Of a stretch of DNA of 64,000 bases, positions 1-8,675 are shown piece after piece. The position numbers and the translations under genes were made by a program. The stretch's first letter is position 1. The number at the start of each line of letters is the position of its first letter. The notes beneath the pieces are model-generated. The model saw only the letters and a list, made by a program, of their open reading frames with translations. It searched no databases and was not told where the DNA came from. The DNA comes from an uncultured Bacteroidales bacterium (GTDB lineage: Bacteria > Bacteroidota > Bacteroidia > Bacteroidales > DASQZP01). Where the stretch lies: positions 4,023 to 68,022 of the forward strand of contig CAWAMZ010000008.1 in NCBI GenBank assembly GCA_963783315.1. The letters are read 5' to 3'.

Positions 1-183
1 TTTGTCAGCATAACGAATCAACAAATACATTACAAATAACGCCAGGCCACGCAGCAGCAAGTGCATGCCTGGAGCCCGAAGCTTGTTCCAACCTGCAACA
101 ATTATCAACCCTGTAAGCAGAATGTAGATGATCGTAGCTGTATCAGCTGGTTGTAGTTTATTTTTTATACTGGTATTTTTCAT
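1..183 (-). CDS. N-terminal fragment of a polytopic membrane protein (continues past the window edge)
   Basis: ATG at 183-181, open in frame to position 1. Translation is MKNTSIKNKLQPADTATIIYILLTGLIIVAGWNKLRAPGMHLLLRGLALFVMYLLIRYADK, with hydrophobic helices. Absent from the ORF track because it is truncated. Confidence 0.4.
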   Translation of the reverse strand, partial: MKNTSIKNKLQPADTATIIYILLTGLIIVAGWNKLRAPGMHLLLRGLALFVMYLLIRYADK

Positions 184-200
184 ATTTTCTATCTCGGTCT

Positions 201-341
201 GTCGCATCCAATAATCATCGGATCGTCCGCTTGTGACTTATATTCTCTTCCCTGTCGCATCCGCTTGTGACCTAAATAATAAAAAGATGGGTCCAAGCGA
301 GACGCTTGAACCAGGGGTTCTTCATTGTCGCAAGTGCTTGC
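201..341. repeat. Left REP-like palindrome cluster
   Basis: GTCGCATCC 201-209; CGGATCGTCCGCTTGTGAC 219-237; GTCGCATCCGCTTGTGACC 254-272; GGTCCAAGCGAGACGCTTGAACC 290-312; GTCGCAAGTGCTTGC 327-341. Confidence 0.65.
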
Positions 342-397
342 TTTCTCCAAAATTTTAAAAATAATCAAAAACATATTCTAAACAAATCAATGTTTCA

Positions 398-943
398 TTA
401 TTGAATTAAAACAATATCAATAAGACCTTTACCTCCCGCATAATCTATTGCACTGCTGTAAACAAAATCTTCAGGATTATATACAAAACCTTCTTTAACC
501 GGATTATTATGTATATAGTCGAGTTTTTGTTGAAGCAACATATTACTATTCAGTTCAATCGGTTTATTATTCTGTTGCCAGAATTGAAAATGTTTATTAT
601 TACTATTCATTTGTCCTGTATTTATCATCATTTTCATAATCCATGTGCGGCTTTCAGAAACATTATTCTTCATCACTTTTCTAATATGTGTGGCAGTGTA
701 ACTCTTCATATCACGTATTATAAATTCCAATGGTGTTACTTCAGAACTTATGATCATATGAACATGACTCGTCATTATTACCCATGCATGAATAACCAGT
801 CCTTTATTTATTTGACAATACCTCCAGCTTTCAAGTAAAATATTTTTGTATTCATTTCTGATAAATACATCGATCCATCCAATTACTGAATAGGTTATAA
901 AATATAAAGAGGAAGGATTATGAAATTTGTAATTTCTGCTCAT
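398..943 (-). CDS. HUH / Y1 tyrosine transposase (REP-associated RAYT or IS200-like TnpA)
   Basis: 181 aa. HUH motif in TSHVHMIISS and catalytic Tyr region LDYIHNNPV, typical of the Y1_Tnp family. Flanked by REP-like hairpins. Confidence 0.85.
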   Translation of the reverse strand: MSRNYKFHNPSSLYFITYSVIGWIDVFIRNEYKNILLESWRYCQINKGLVIHAWVIMTSHVHMIISSEVTPLEFIIRDMKSYTATHIRKVMKNNVSESRTWIMKMMINTGQMNSNNKHFQFWQQNNKPIELNSNMLLQQKLDYIHNNPVKEGFVYNPEDFVYSSAIDYAGGKGLIDIVLIQ

Positions 944-1065
944 GCAGGTAAGTTATATAACTAAACCTATTTTTCATCTTAAGTTAAGAGGAAAAACAAT
1001 GAACGGGATAATTTATATTTAAAAGTAAACTTTAAGGGGAGTTAATCCTATTAGGTCCTCGATCT

Positions 1066-1228
1066 GTCGCAAGCGTCCTCAAACTGTCGCAAGCGTCCGC
1101 TTGTGACTTAAATTATATTATTCAATGTCTAACACAGGGGGGCATCCTAATAGGTCCAAGCGAGACGCTTGAACCAGGGGTCGTTATTAATATTTTATAT
1201 ATCATGTCGGATCGTCTCGCTTGTGACC
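1066..1228. repeat. Right REP-like palindrome cluster
   Basis: GTCGCAAGCGTCC 1066-1078; GTCGCAAGCGTCCGCTTGTGAC 1086-1107 (10-bp stem with one G:T pair); GGTCCAAGCGAGACGCTTGAACC 1153-1175; GTCGGATCGTCTCGCTTGTGACC 1206-1228, abutting the stop codon at 1230. Confidence 0.65.
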
Positions 1229-1229
1229 T

Positions 1230-1925
1230 TTATTCAATTAAACCAATAATCTTTTCCCGTACCCCCGAAGAAATCTCCTTCAGGTCATCTTTGGTAAATG
1301 TTTTTTTAATTGAAACCGGCGGCTTAGACAATACGACAATTTCATGAGCAACCTGAATGGCTTCATCTGGTTCATGGGTAACAAATACCACTGTCCGCTG
1401 ATCGATTTCCCACAGTCTGATAAAAGCTTTCAACAGGTTTTCCTTCAACCTTGCATCCAGTGACGAAAACGGTTCATCCATGAGGATCAGATCAGCGGGA
1501 TAAGAAAATGCCCGGGCCAGCGATACCCGTTGTTTCATACCGCCACTGAGTTGCGACGGGTAATAATCCCTGAAATCCTTCAGCTCAACCATCTCCAGGT
1601 ATTTCCATGCCCGGTGCCTGGCTTCTTCCTGTGTAAAAACGCCCTTCAACACAAACATGACATTCTCTGTCACTGTTTTCCAGGGCAAAAGTCTGGGTTC
1701 CTGAAACACATAAGAGATCCTTTTGTCCTCCAGTCCCTGGATACTACCCGAATCAGGCTGAATATGACCATTCAGCATGTTTAATAAGGTAGTCTTTCCA
1801 CATCCTGAGGGACCCAGCATGCAGGTAATCATACCTGCTTTAAACTTTACACTGAAATCCTCAAAAAGCTTCAGGTCCTCCCATGATTTAAATATGTGTT
1901 CCAACGTATAATCCATTGCTTTCAT
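1230..1925 (-). CDS. ABC transporter ATP-binding protein, NitT/TauT (nitrate/sulfonate/taurine-type) family
   Basis: Walker A GPSGCGKTT, signature LSGGMKQR, Walker B LILMDEPFS. ATG at 1925 overlaps the permease stop (ATGA). The track start at 1931 is TTG. Confidence 0.9.
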   Translation of the reverse strand: MKAMDYTLEHIFKSWEDLKLFEDFSVKFKAGMITCMLGPSGCGKTTLLNMLNGHIQPDSGSIQGLEDKRISYVFQEPRLLPWKTVTENVMFVLKGVFTQEEARHRAWKYLEMVELKDFRDYYPSQLSGGMKQRVSLARAFSYPADLILMDEPFSSLDARLKENLLKAFIRLWEIDQRTVVFVTHEPDEAIQVAHEIVVLSKPPVSIKKTFTKDDLKEISSGVREKIIGLIE

Positions 1926-2680
1926 TTCCAAACAACCACTTTGTCCTCTATCCGGCGGATGAGTTTTTCAAATAACATACTGATCAGTACAGCCACTACT
2001 GTCCACGAAATTACCTGTGACACCATCAGGTAGGTCTGTGCCAGCTGCATCCCGGTTCCAATACCATGTAACGGCTGTGCCAGTACTTCACCTATGATCA
2101 CAGCCCGCCATCCAAACCCCATGGCACTGGAAATACCACTGAACAGAAAAGGCAGGGTACCTGGTAAATATACTTCCCTAACCACCCGGTAATTAGTTAC
2201 CCTGTAGGTATGAGCCATCTCCACCAGACCACGGTCAACTGTACCAATGCCATCCATGATGTTGTTACACAAAATGGGAAACATCGTGAGTATGGCAATA
2301 AATACAGGTACAGTATCGGTGTGAAACCAGATCAGGGCCAGCAGGATAACCGAGATAACCGGAGTGGACCTGATGATAACCAAAAAAGGCGTGAACCAGG
2401 CTCGGAAAGCAGGCGACAGTCCGGCCAGAATACCCAGCAGCAAAGCAAACAAAAAGGCTATAACAAATCCGGCAAACCCTCTCAGCACGGTAATACCAAT
2501 GCTCATATAAAAATCTGAATTGCTTATCATTTTTATAAAATCGATGACCACTTTTTCAGGAGGCGGCAATATCAGTGGAGAGCCTGCCAGCAGGGAAGCT
2601 CCTTTCCATATAATGAGAATCGACAAAATGGAAAAGAAGGTGATGCTTCGTTTCCGCTTTTTAGATAGTATTTGCTCCAT
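1922..2680 (-). CDS. ABC transporter permease (SsuC/TauC-like)
   Basis: 252 aa polytopic protein of the binding-protein-dependent transport type. Translationally coupled to the ATPase gene. Confidence 0.85.
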   Translation of the reverse strand: MEQILSKKRKRSITFFSILSILIIWKGASLLAGSPLILPPPEKVVIDFIKMISNSDFYMSIGITVLRGFAGFVIAFLFALLLGILAGLSPAFRAWFTPFLVIIRSTPVISVILLALIWFHTDTVPVFIAILTMFPILCNNIMDGIGTVDRGLVEMAHTYRVTNYRVVREVYLPGTLPFLFSGISSAMGFGWRAVIIGEVLAQPLHGIGTGMQLAQTYLMVSQVISWTVVAVLISMLFEKLIRRIEDKVVVWK

Positions 2681-2707
2681 GTATCTTTTTTCAGTCTCTA
2701 TATGCTT

Positions 2708-3721
2708 TTAGTTTTCAGAATCACTGATCTGGTAATAGAATCCCTCATCCGGTAATTTTCCACCCAGCATATCGGGATTAAAAGTATAAAAAACATTGAA
2801 ATAGTCGTTGATCCTCTCCCTTAAAGGCCATGCAGCAGCAAACCGAATGTTGCAACCCGGAATTGATTTACGTGCGACAAGTGTATCAGGTAATATTTGA
2901 CTCTCCACGATCAGTTTGCTCCCTCTGGCAGGGTGGGCATTGATCCAATGACAGGCCTCTTTATAATAGTTAAGAAAAGCTTTCACCTTGCCGGGATTCG
3001 ATTCAGCAAATTTCTTGTTTACAATGAGTGCCGTTTGTGCGAAAGGAATGGAATCGTGAGTGGCTTTGTTCCATTCCTTATCCAGATCAAATAACTCATG
3101 AACCTTTGGATTTTTACTGATCACCATACTTACCAGTGGTTCTGAGATTACTCCCAGTGAGGCACGTCCCGCGGCAACCGCGTTGGCCAGATCGCGATGC
3201 GTTGGAAATGAATAATCAAGGATCACATCTTTATCAGGCTTTAATCCATGCGCATTGAGCAAGTACCTGAAAACAATATCCGGCGTCATCCCGCGGGCCA
3301 TGGTATAAACTCTTCTGCCTTTCAGATCCTGCCAGGAATGAATGGTAGTATCGCTACCAAACAAGTGCAGGGTTCCCCAGAGCGGAATAGCTGCCAGTTG
3401 ATACGGAAGTCCCTGATTATATAATACAGCAGCCATCGTAGAGGGCAAAACTGCAAAATCAGCTTCTCCTTTCACCAGATAGGGTTTTACCTGGTTGGGT
3501 TCATTCTTAATGATAAAATGAAGGTGGAAATGACTATCCATCTTCGAAGAATCGATCATTTTGATCATGCTGATGGCCGAGGGTCCGCGCAGCGTAACAA
3601 TAGTTATGGTATTTGCCTTTTTCTTCTTACCTCCGCCTGAGCAGGAAATCAGGAACAGTATTCCTGTCAGGAATGTAATATAAAGGAATGAATAATTTTT
3701 TTTTCTTTGATTGAATAACAT
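2708..3721 (-). CDS. ABC transporter substrate-binding lipoprotein (NMT1/THI5- or SsuA-like)
   Basis: 337 aa. Lipoprotein signal LFLISCSGG. Periplasmic-binding-protein-like sequence. First gene of the three-gene importer. Confidence 0.75.
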   Translation of the reverse strand: MLFNQRKKNYSFLYITFLTGILFLISCSGGGKKKKANTITIVTLRGPSAISMIKMIDSSKMDSHFHLHFIIKNEPNQVKPYLVKGEADFAVLPSTMAAVLYNQGLPYQLAAIPLWGTLHLFGSDTTIHSWQDLKGRRVYTMARGMTPDIVFRYLLNAHGLKPDKDVILDYSFPTHRDLANAVAAGRASLGVISEPLVSMVISKNPKVHELFDLDKEWNKATHDSIPFAQTALIVNKKFAESNPGKVKAFLNYYKEACHWINAHPARGSKLIVESQILPDTLVARKSIPGCNIRFAAAWPLRERINDYFNVFYTFNPDMLGGKLPDEGFYYQISDSEN

Positions 3722-3898
3722 GATTTAGCTGACTATTTTTAGTAAAATCCTCACAAGTATACTGTATTTTAAGCAAAAAATGTAAGAAAAGAATGAAAGC
3801 GATAAGGTGACAATCCTTGCCTTTGGATTGTGCAGGGGCCCGGTGAAGGCAAGGATCACGAGCGGCATTGGGCAACGGAATCTGTGGGAGCGAGTAAT

Positions 3899-4003
3899 AC
3901 CACTGAATTACTACTGAATAAACTACTAATAAACTACTGAATAACTACTGAATAAACTACTGAATAAACTACTGAATAGACTACTGAATAAACTACCGAA
4001 CAA
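3899..4003. repeat. Tandem repeat, about 9 copies of an 11-12 nt unit ACTACTGAATAA
   Basis: Units at 3910-3921, 3922-3932, 3933-3943, 3944-3955, 3956-3967, 3968-3979, 3980-3991 and 3992-4003. A degenerate unit lies at 3899-3909. No spacers. Confidence 0.9.
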
Positions 4004-4030
4004 ACAAAAGGCCCGGACTACGCCGGGCCT
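4001..4030 (-). terminator. Rho-independent terminator of the [FeFe]-hydrogenase operon
   Basis: Minus-strand AGGCCCGG-CGTAGT-CCGGGCCT followed by TTTTGTTTG, 27 nt after the hydC stop. Confidence 0.8.
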
Positions 4031-4056
4031 CATGTCATTTATAAACCCTAAACCTA

Positions 4057-4539
4057 CTATTCATATTCTTTTAGAATCTCAGCTACTCCTTCGGGCGATA
4101 CACGACCGTAGGTCTTCTCGCCCACCAGTACCACAGGAGCCAGTCCACAGGCACCGACACATCGTAAACAGCTGATGGAAAATTTTCCATCAGCAGTAGT
4201 CTCACCAACCTGTATGCTGAGTTGTTTTTTAAACTCATCCAGTACTTTCTCGGCTCCCCTAACATAGCAGGCTGTACCGGTACAAACTGAGATCGGATAC
4301 TGTCCTTTGGGCAACATGGTAAAGAATGAATAAAACGTTACCACTCCGTATACATGGGCCACAGAAACATTAAGTTCTTCGGCCACTACTTCCTGTACTT
4401 CCGCGGGCAGGTATCCGAAATGACTCTGTACCGCATGCAGTACATTGATCAACTCACCGCCTTTGTTATTGTAGGATTTGCTGATCTCCTTTATTTTGGC
4501 TACATCTCTTTCTTTCAATTCTATTTTTACACTTGACAT
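4057..4539 (-). CDS. hydC: NuoE/HndA-like [2Fe-2S] subunit of the NAD-linked [FeFe]-hydrogenase
   Basis: 160 aa. Thioredoxin-like [2Fe-2S] Cys pattern (SVCTGTACYVRG ... CLRCVGACGLAP). Confidence 0.9.
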   Translation of the reverse strand: MSSVKIELKERDVAKIKEISKSYNNKGGELINVLHAVQSHFGYLPAEVQEVVAEELNVSVAHVYGVVTFYSFFTMLPKGQYPISVCTGTACYVRGAEKVLDEFKKQLSIQVGETTADGKFSISCLRCVGACGLAPVVLVGEKTYGRVSPEGVAEILKEYE

Positions 4540-4566
4540 GTTTAGTCCTCCACGATTGGATGGTTA

Positions 4567-6342
4567 TTAAATAAAGATTTTTTTCACACTCCTGTCAAAA
4601 TAATGTGTATGAAGCAACTCATGAGATTTTTCACTCATGGGTTTTCCCAGGAATTCTTCATATAATTTCAGGATATCGGGGTTTTCATGCGATTTGCGGA
4701 TGAGTTTGCCTTCATCTTCACGATAAATAGCAGCGGCCCTTTTGGCCAGAATTTCCGCATTTCCATGATGCAGTGGTTGTCCACCGCCGCCAATACACCC
4801 ACCAGGACAGGCCATGATCTCGATGGCATGCAGGTTGCTTTTACCAGCACGGATATCTTCCAGCAGTTTGCGTGCATTTCCAAGCCCGTGAGCGATCCCA
4901 ATATTGATCGGCAGTCCGTCAAAATCAACAGTTGCATACCGGATACCATCCATACCACGTAACTGTTTGAAATCAACATTTTCTAGCGGTTTGCCTGTAT
5001 GTATTTCATAGGCTGTACGTGTGGCAGCTTCAATCACACCACCTGTGGTGCCGAAGATAACACCTGCACCGGTTGATTCACCCATTGGCTTGTCAAAATC
5101 TTCATCCGGCAGCGACATAAAGTCGATATTGGCCTGTTTAATCAGGGCAGCCAGCTCCCTTGTAGAGATGGAATAATCAACATCAGGATTGCCGTCTACC
5201 TTGAATTCATCACGCTGACACTCGTATTTCTTGGCCAGGCAGGGCATGATGGATACTACCACCATATTTTCCCTTTTAACACCAATTTTTTCAGCAAAAT
5301 AAGTTTTCGCGATGGGGCCGAACATCTGCTGCGGTGAACGTGCTGTTGATGGTATATCCCGCATATCCGGAAATTGTTTTTCAAAGAAATTTACCCATCC
5401 CGGACAGCAGGATGTAAGAATAGGTAATTTCACAGTATTGTCACCATCCAGATGACGGGTAAGACGGTCGAGCAGTTCGGTCCCTTCTTCCATAATAGTA
5501 AGGTCGGCTGCAAAATCAGTATCAAATACAAAGTTAAATCCAAGCTGACGAAGGGCAGATACCATCTTCCCTGTAACCAGCGTTCCCGGTTCCATGCCAA
5601 ATTCTTCGCCCAGCGCAGCCCTGACGGCAGGTGCAGTCTGCACCACCACAGTTTTTGTCGGATCAGACAAAGCCCTGATTACCTTGGGGGTATGATCCAC
5701 CTCGGTGAGTGCACCGGTCGGACAAACAGCCACGCACTGTCCGCAATAAGTACAGGCAGATTTTTCGAGGTTCATTTCAAAAGGCGGAGCCACAACAGCC
5801 ATAAATCCACGATTTACTGCCGAAAGGGCCCCTACTGTCTGAAAATCGTTGCACATGGTCTCGCACCGGCGACACATGATACATTTATCCATATCTCTGA
5901 TGATGGAAGGGGAAGTATCCAGACGGTAGGTTGACATCTCTGCAAATTCATCATACGGGGTTTCCCTGATTCCCAGTTTAACAGAAAGATCCTGCAGGTC
6001 ACATTTTCCTGACTTTGCACAGGTGAGGCAGTCTTTTGGATGATCAGACAATATGAGTTCCATAACGGTACGCCGGGCATTCAGAACCCGCATTGAATGA
6101 GTCTGTACCACCATGCCCTCATAAACATTTGTGGAACAGGAGGGGGCCAGGTTACGACGGCCTTCAACTTCAACCACACAAATGCGGCAACCACCCGGTT
6201 TATTTTCAATCTTAAGGTCACCCAGGTCCATATAGCACAGCACCGGGATATCAATGCCAATGCTTTTGGCTGCTTTATATATGGTAATACCTTCTTCAAC
6301 CTGGAGTTTTTTGCCGTCTATTGTAATATTAACCAGTTTCAT
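4567..6342 (-). CDS. hydA: [FeFe]-hydrogenase catalytic subunit (M3-type, HydA/HndD)
   Basis: 591 aa. N-terminal 2Fe-2S and 4Fe-4S ferredoxin modules. H-cluster motifs TSCCPGW, MPCLAKKYE and EIMACPGGCIGGGGQP. Confidence 0.95.
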   Translation of the reverse strand: MKLVNITIDGKKLQVEEGITIYKAAKSIGIDIPVLCYMDLGDLKIENKPGGCRICVVEVEGRRNLAPSCSTNVYEGMVVQTHSMRVLNARRTVMELILSDHPKDCLTCAKSGKCDLQDLSVKLGIRETPYDEFAEMSTYRLDTSPSIIRDMDKCIMCRRCETMCNDFQTVGALSAVNRGFMAVVAPPFEMNLEKSACTYCGQCVAVCPTGALTEVDHTPKVIRALSDPTKTVVVQTAPAVRAALGEEFGMEPGTLVTGKMVSALRQLGFNFVFDTDFAADLTIMEEGTELLDRLTRHLDGDNTVKLPILTSCCPGWVNFFEKQFPDMRDIPSTARSPQQMFGPIAKTYFAEKIGVKRENMVVVSIMPCLAKKYECQRDEFKVDGNPDVDYSISTRELAALIKQANIDFMSLPDEDFDKPMGESTGAGVIFGTTGGVIEAATRTAYEIHTGKPLENVDFKQLRGMDGIRYATVDFDGLPINIGIAHGLGNARKLLEDIRAGKSNLHAIEIMACPGGCIGGGGQPLHHGNAEILAKRAAAIYREDEGKLIRKSHENPDILKLYEEFLGKPMSEKSHELLHTHYFDRSVKKIFI

Positions 6343-6360
6343 AGATTGTATATCGTTTAA

Positions 6361-8154
6361 TTAATTAACAAAAATTGCACTGAATTTACACCTCTCAACA
6401 CAGGCACCACATTTGATACACAGTGCTGTATCAATCACATGAGGCTGTTTACGGTCGCCTGAAATAGCGCCCACCGGACAGGCTCTTGCACAGGCTGTAC
6501 ACCCTACGCAGGCTTCAGCATCAATCGTATACTGCATCAATGCCTTACATTGACCTGCCACACATTTGTGATCCACCACATGTGATACATACTCATCACC
6601 AAAATTCTCCAGGGTAGATAAAACCGGGTTTGGTGAAGTCTGTCCCAGGCCGCACAATGAAGTATCTTTGATAACACCGCTGAGGTTCCTCAGCCTGTCA
6701 ATATCATCGGGTGTTCCTTTTCCCAGGGTGATCTTTTCAAGCAGTTCGTACAACCGCTTGTTACCAATACGACAGGGAGAACATTTACCACAGGATTCCT
6801 CCACGGTAAAATCAAGGTAATATTTGGCTACAGACACCATACAATCATCTTCGTCCATCACGATCATACCACCTGATCCCATCATTGATCCCACTGCAAT
6901 AAGGTTGTCATAATCGATCGCCGTTTCAAGGTGTTTTTCAGTCAGGCACCCCCCGGAAGGGCCTCCTGTCTGAACGGCTTTGAATTTTTTTCCGTTCTTA
7001 ATTCCTCCGCCGATTTCAAAAATAACCTCCCGCAATGTAGTTCCCATTGGCACTTCGATAAGCCCTACGTTGTTGATTTTACCGGCAAGTGCAAACACCT
7101 TTGTTCCTTTGCTTTTTTCTGTCCCAATGCTGCTGAACCATTCGGCTCCTTTCATATAAATAACCGGTATGTTGGCAAAGGTTTCCACATTGTTTACATT
7201 GGTTGGCTGCCCCAGATAACCCGATTCGGAAGGGAAAGGAGGTTTGACAGTAGGTTCTCCGCGCATACCCTCCATAGAGTGGATCAGGGCAGTTTCTTCT
7301 CCGCAAACAAAGGCTCCTGCTCCATAACGCAGCTCCACTTCAAAGCTAAACCCTGAACCAAAGATATCCTCGCCCAGCAAACCATACTCCCTGGCCTGCG
7401 TAATGGCAATTTTTAATCTTTTGATAGCAAGCGGGTATTCAGCCCTGATATAGATGAGTCCTTTGGAAGCGCCGATACAGTATCCGCAAATGGCCATCGC
7501 TTCGAGCACACTGTGCGGATCACCTTCCAAAATTGAACGGTCCATAAATGCGCCGGGATCACCTTCATCAGCATTACAAACCACATATTTTTGCTCAGCA
7601 ACACTCTTTCTGGAAATTTCCCATTTCAGACCGGTTGGGAAGCCACCGCCTCCCCTGCCCCTTAATCCGGATTTTTTGATAATATCAATTGACTCTTCGG
7701 GAGAATATTCGCTAAGTACCTTACCCAACGCTTCATACCCCTGACGGGCAATGTATTCATCGATATTTTCGGGGTTAATAAATCCGCAGTTGCGCAAAGC
7801 AATCCTGATCTGCTTTTTATAGAAACCCATGTGACGTGAATCACTAATATGTTCCTTCTTTTCCGGATCAGTATACAACAGGCGGTTTACTTTTCTTCCT
7901 TTAACCACATGTTCGGCAACTATTTCACCGGCATCTTCCGGTTTAACCTCTGTGTAGAAAGTATTATCCGGCATTACCTTAACAATCGGGCCCTTTTCGC
8001 AGAACCCAAAACAGCCGGTCATCACTACCTGTACCTCATTTTCCAGCCCCTTTTCCGACAGTTCATGCTTCAGGTTCTCCACCAGAGAATCACTGGCTGA
8101 TGCCCGGCAACCTGTTCCGCCACAAACCATCAAATGCATATTGTATTTAGCCAT
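6361..8154 (-). CDS. hydB: NuoF-like FMN/NAD(H)-binding subunit (HydB/HndC)
   Basis: 597 aa. GRGGGGFPTGLKWE, ESCGKCSPCR, an N-terminal Trx-like 2Fe-2S domain and C-terminal 2x[4Fe-4S] (CVGCTACARACP, CIKCGACVERC). Confidence 0.95.
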   Translation of the reverse strand: MAKYNMHLMVCGGTGCRASASDSLVENLKHELSEKGLENEVQVVMTGCFGFCEKGPIVKVMPDNTFYTEVKPEDAGEIVAEHVVKGRKVNRLLYTDPEKKEHISDSRHMGFYKKQIRIALRNCGFINPENIDEYIARQGYEALGKVLSEYSPEESIDIIKKSGLRGRGGGGFPTGLKWEISRKSVAEQKYVVCNADEGDPGAFMDRSILEGDPHSVLEAMAICGYCIGASKGLIYIRAEYPLAIKRLKIAITQAREYGLLGEDIFGSGFSFEVELRYGAGAFVCGEETALIHSMEGMRGEPTVKPPFPSESGYLGQPTNVNNVETFANIPVIYMKGAEWFSSIGTEKSKGTKVFALAGKINNVGLIEVPMGTTLREVIFEIGGGIKNGKKFKAVQTGGPSGGCLTEKHLETAIDYDNLIAVGSMMGSGGMIVMDEDDCMVSVAKYYLDFTVEESCGKCSPCRIGNKRLYELLEKITLGKGTPDDIDRLRNLSGVIKDTSLCGLGQTSPNPVLSTLENFGDEYVSHVVDHKCVAGQCKALMQYTIDAEACVGCTACARACPVGAISGDRKQPHVIDTALCIKCGACVERCKFSAIFVN

Positions 8155-8168
8155 ATTATTCTCCTCCT

Positions 8169-8576
8169 TTAAGCTTTAGTATCGGGGTCAATAGTTTCGT
8201 AATTGACAGGGATTATTCCGTCTACGAGTTCCCCGTTTTTGATATATTTTTCTATGATCTCGTCCGCCTTCCTGGTATTTACATCGCCAAATACAATTGG
8301 TTCCTGTCCGGGAAGAGTAACTTCAATAGTAGGTTCGGCATAACAATACCCCATGCACCCTGTTTGGGTAACCACTGCATCGATATTTCTTTTTTCCAGC
8401 TCATCAACCAGAAATTCCATGGTTTCTTTTGCTCCTGAAGCAATACCGCAGGTAGCCATCGCCACCTTGATCTGAACATAATTTTCAGGATGATCACTCT
8501 TTTCCCTCAGTTGCATCCGGGATTGCAGGTCGTTTTTTAACTTCCTGAGATCATCAAGGGATCTAACTTTTGCCAT
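8169..8576 (-). CDS. Small thioredoxin-like ferredoxin subunit (HndB/HydD-like)
   Basis: About 135 aa. Similar to the small fourth subunit of tetrameric Hnd/Hyd enzymes. ATG at 8576; the track start at 8582 is TTG. Confidence 0.7.
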   Translation of the reverse strand: MAKVRSLDDLRKLKNDLQSRMQLREKSDHPENYVQIKVAMATCGIASGAKETMEFLVDELEKRNIDAVVTQTGCMGYCYAEPTIEVTLPGQEPIVFGDVNTRKADEIIEKYIKNGELVDGIIPVNYETIDPDTKA

Positions 8577-8675
8577 AGTCAAACAGTTTTGTAGATTTAT
8601 AATGGATTTGTATAAATGTAATGTTAATGTGCATTAATTACTATGATATTTATCGTATTTAACAAACCAGCATTC

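Larger units (their letters stand above)
201..1228. mobile_element. RAYT/IS200-like Y1 transposase gene lying between two clusters of REP-like palindromes
   Basis: Two related ~22-nt imperfect palindromes occur on both sides of ORF 398-943 in the same orientation. Unit A is GGTCCAAGCGAGACGCTTGAACC at 290-312 and 1153-1175. Unit B is GTCGCAAGCGTCCGCTTGTGAC at 1086-1107, with degenerate copies at 219-237, 254-272 and 1206-1228. A resembles the reverse complement of B. Confidence 0.6.

Noticed and set aside
189-374. 61-aa minus-strand ORF
   Set aside because: It lies entirely within the left REP-like palindrome cluster. Its peptide is just a translation of the repeats and has no protein-like features.
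509-838. 109-aa plus-strand ORF antisense to the transposase gene
   Set aside because: It is a shadow ORF inside a well-supported CDS with low-complexity, Phe/Ile-rich composition. The same reasoning applies to the many antisense or out-of-frame ORFs within the hyd, hox, tre and bat genes (for example 5452-5934, 6931-7356, 26459-26938, 45852-46259).
3627-3875. 82-aa minus-strand ORF overlapping the SBP start and the GC-rich island
   Set aside because: It has a TTG start, overlaps the 5' end of the well-supported binding-protein gene and has no motif. It is most likely non-coding structured DNA.
3790-3895. Known riboswitch (TPP, cobalamin, guanidine-I) upstream of the NMT1/NitT-type importer
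   Set aside because: The THI-box elements (CUGAGA, CCUGAUCUGG) and the ykkC core (GGUCCGAGAG, GCCCGGGAGA) are absent on the relevant strand. The cobalamin-like fragments (GGUGACAAUCC, ACCACUG) occur only on the opposite strand and in the wrong order.
3899-4003. Possible CRISPR array
   Set aside because: The units are only 11-12 nt and directly adjacent with no spacers. No cas genes or leader are present. It is a simple tandem repeat.
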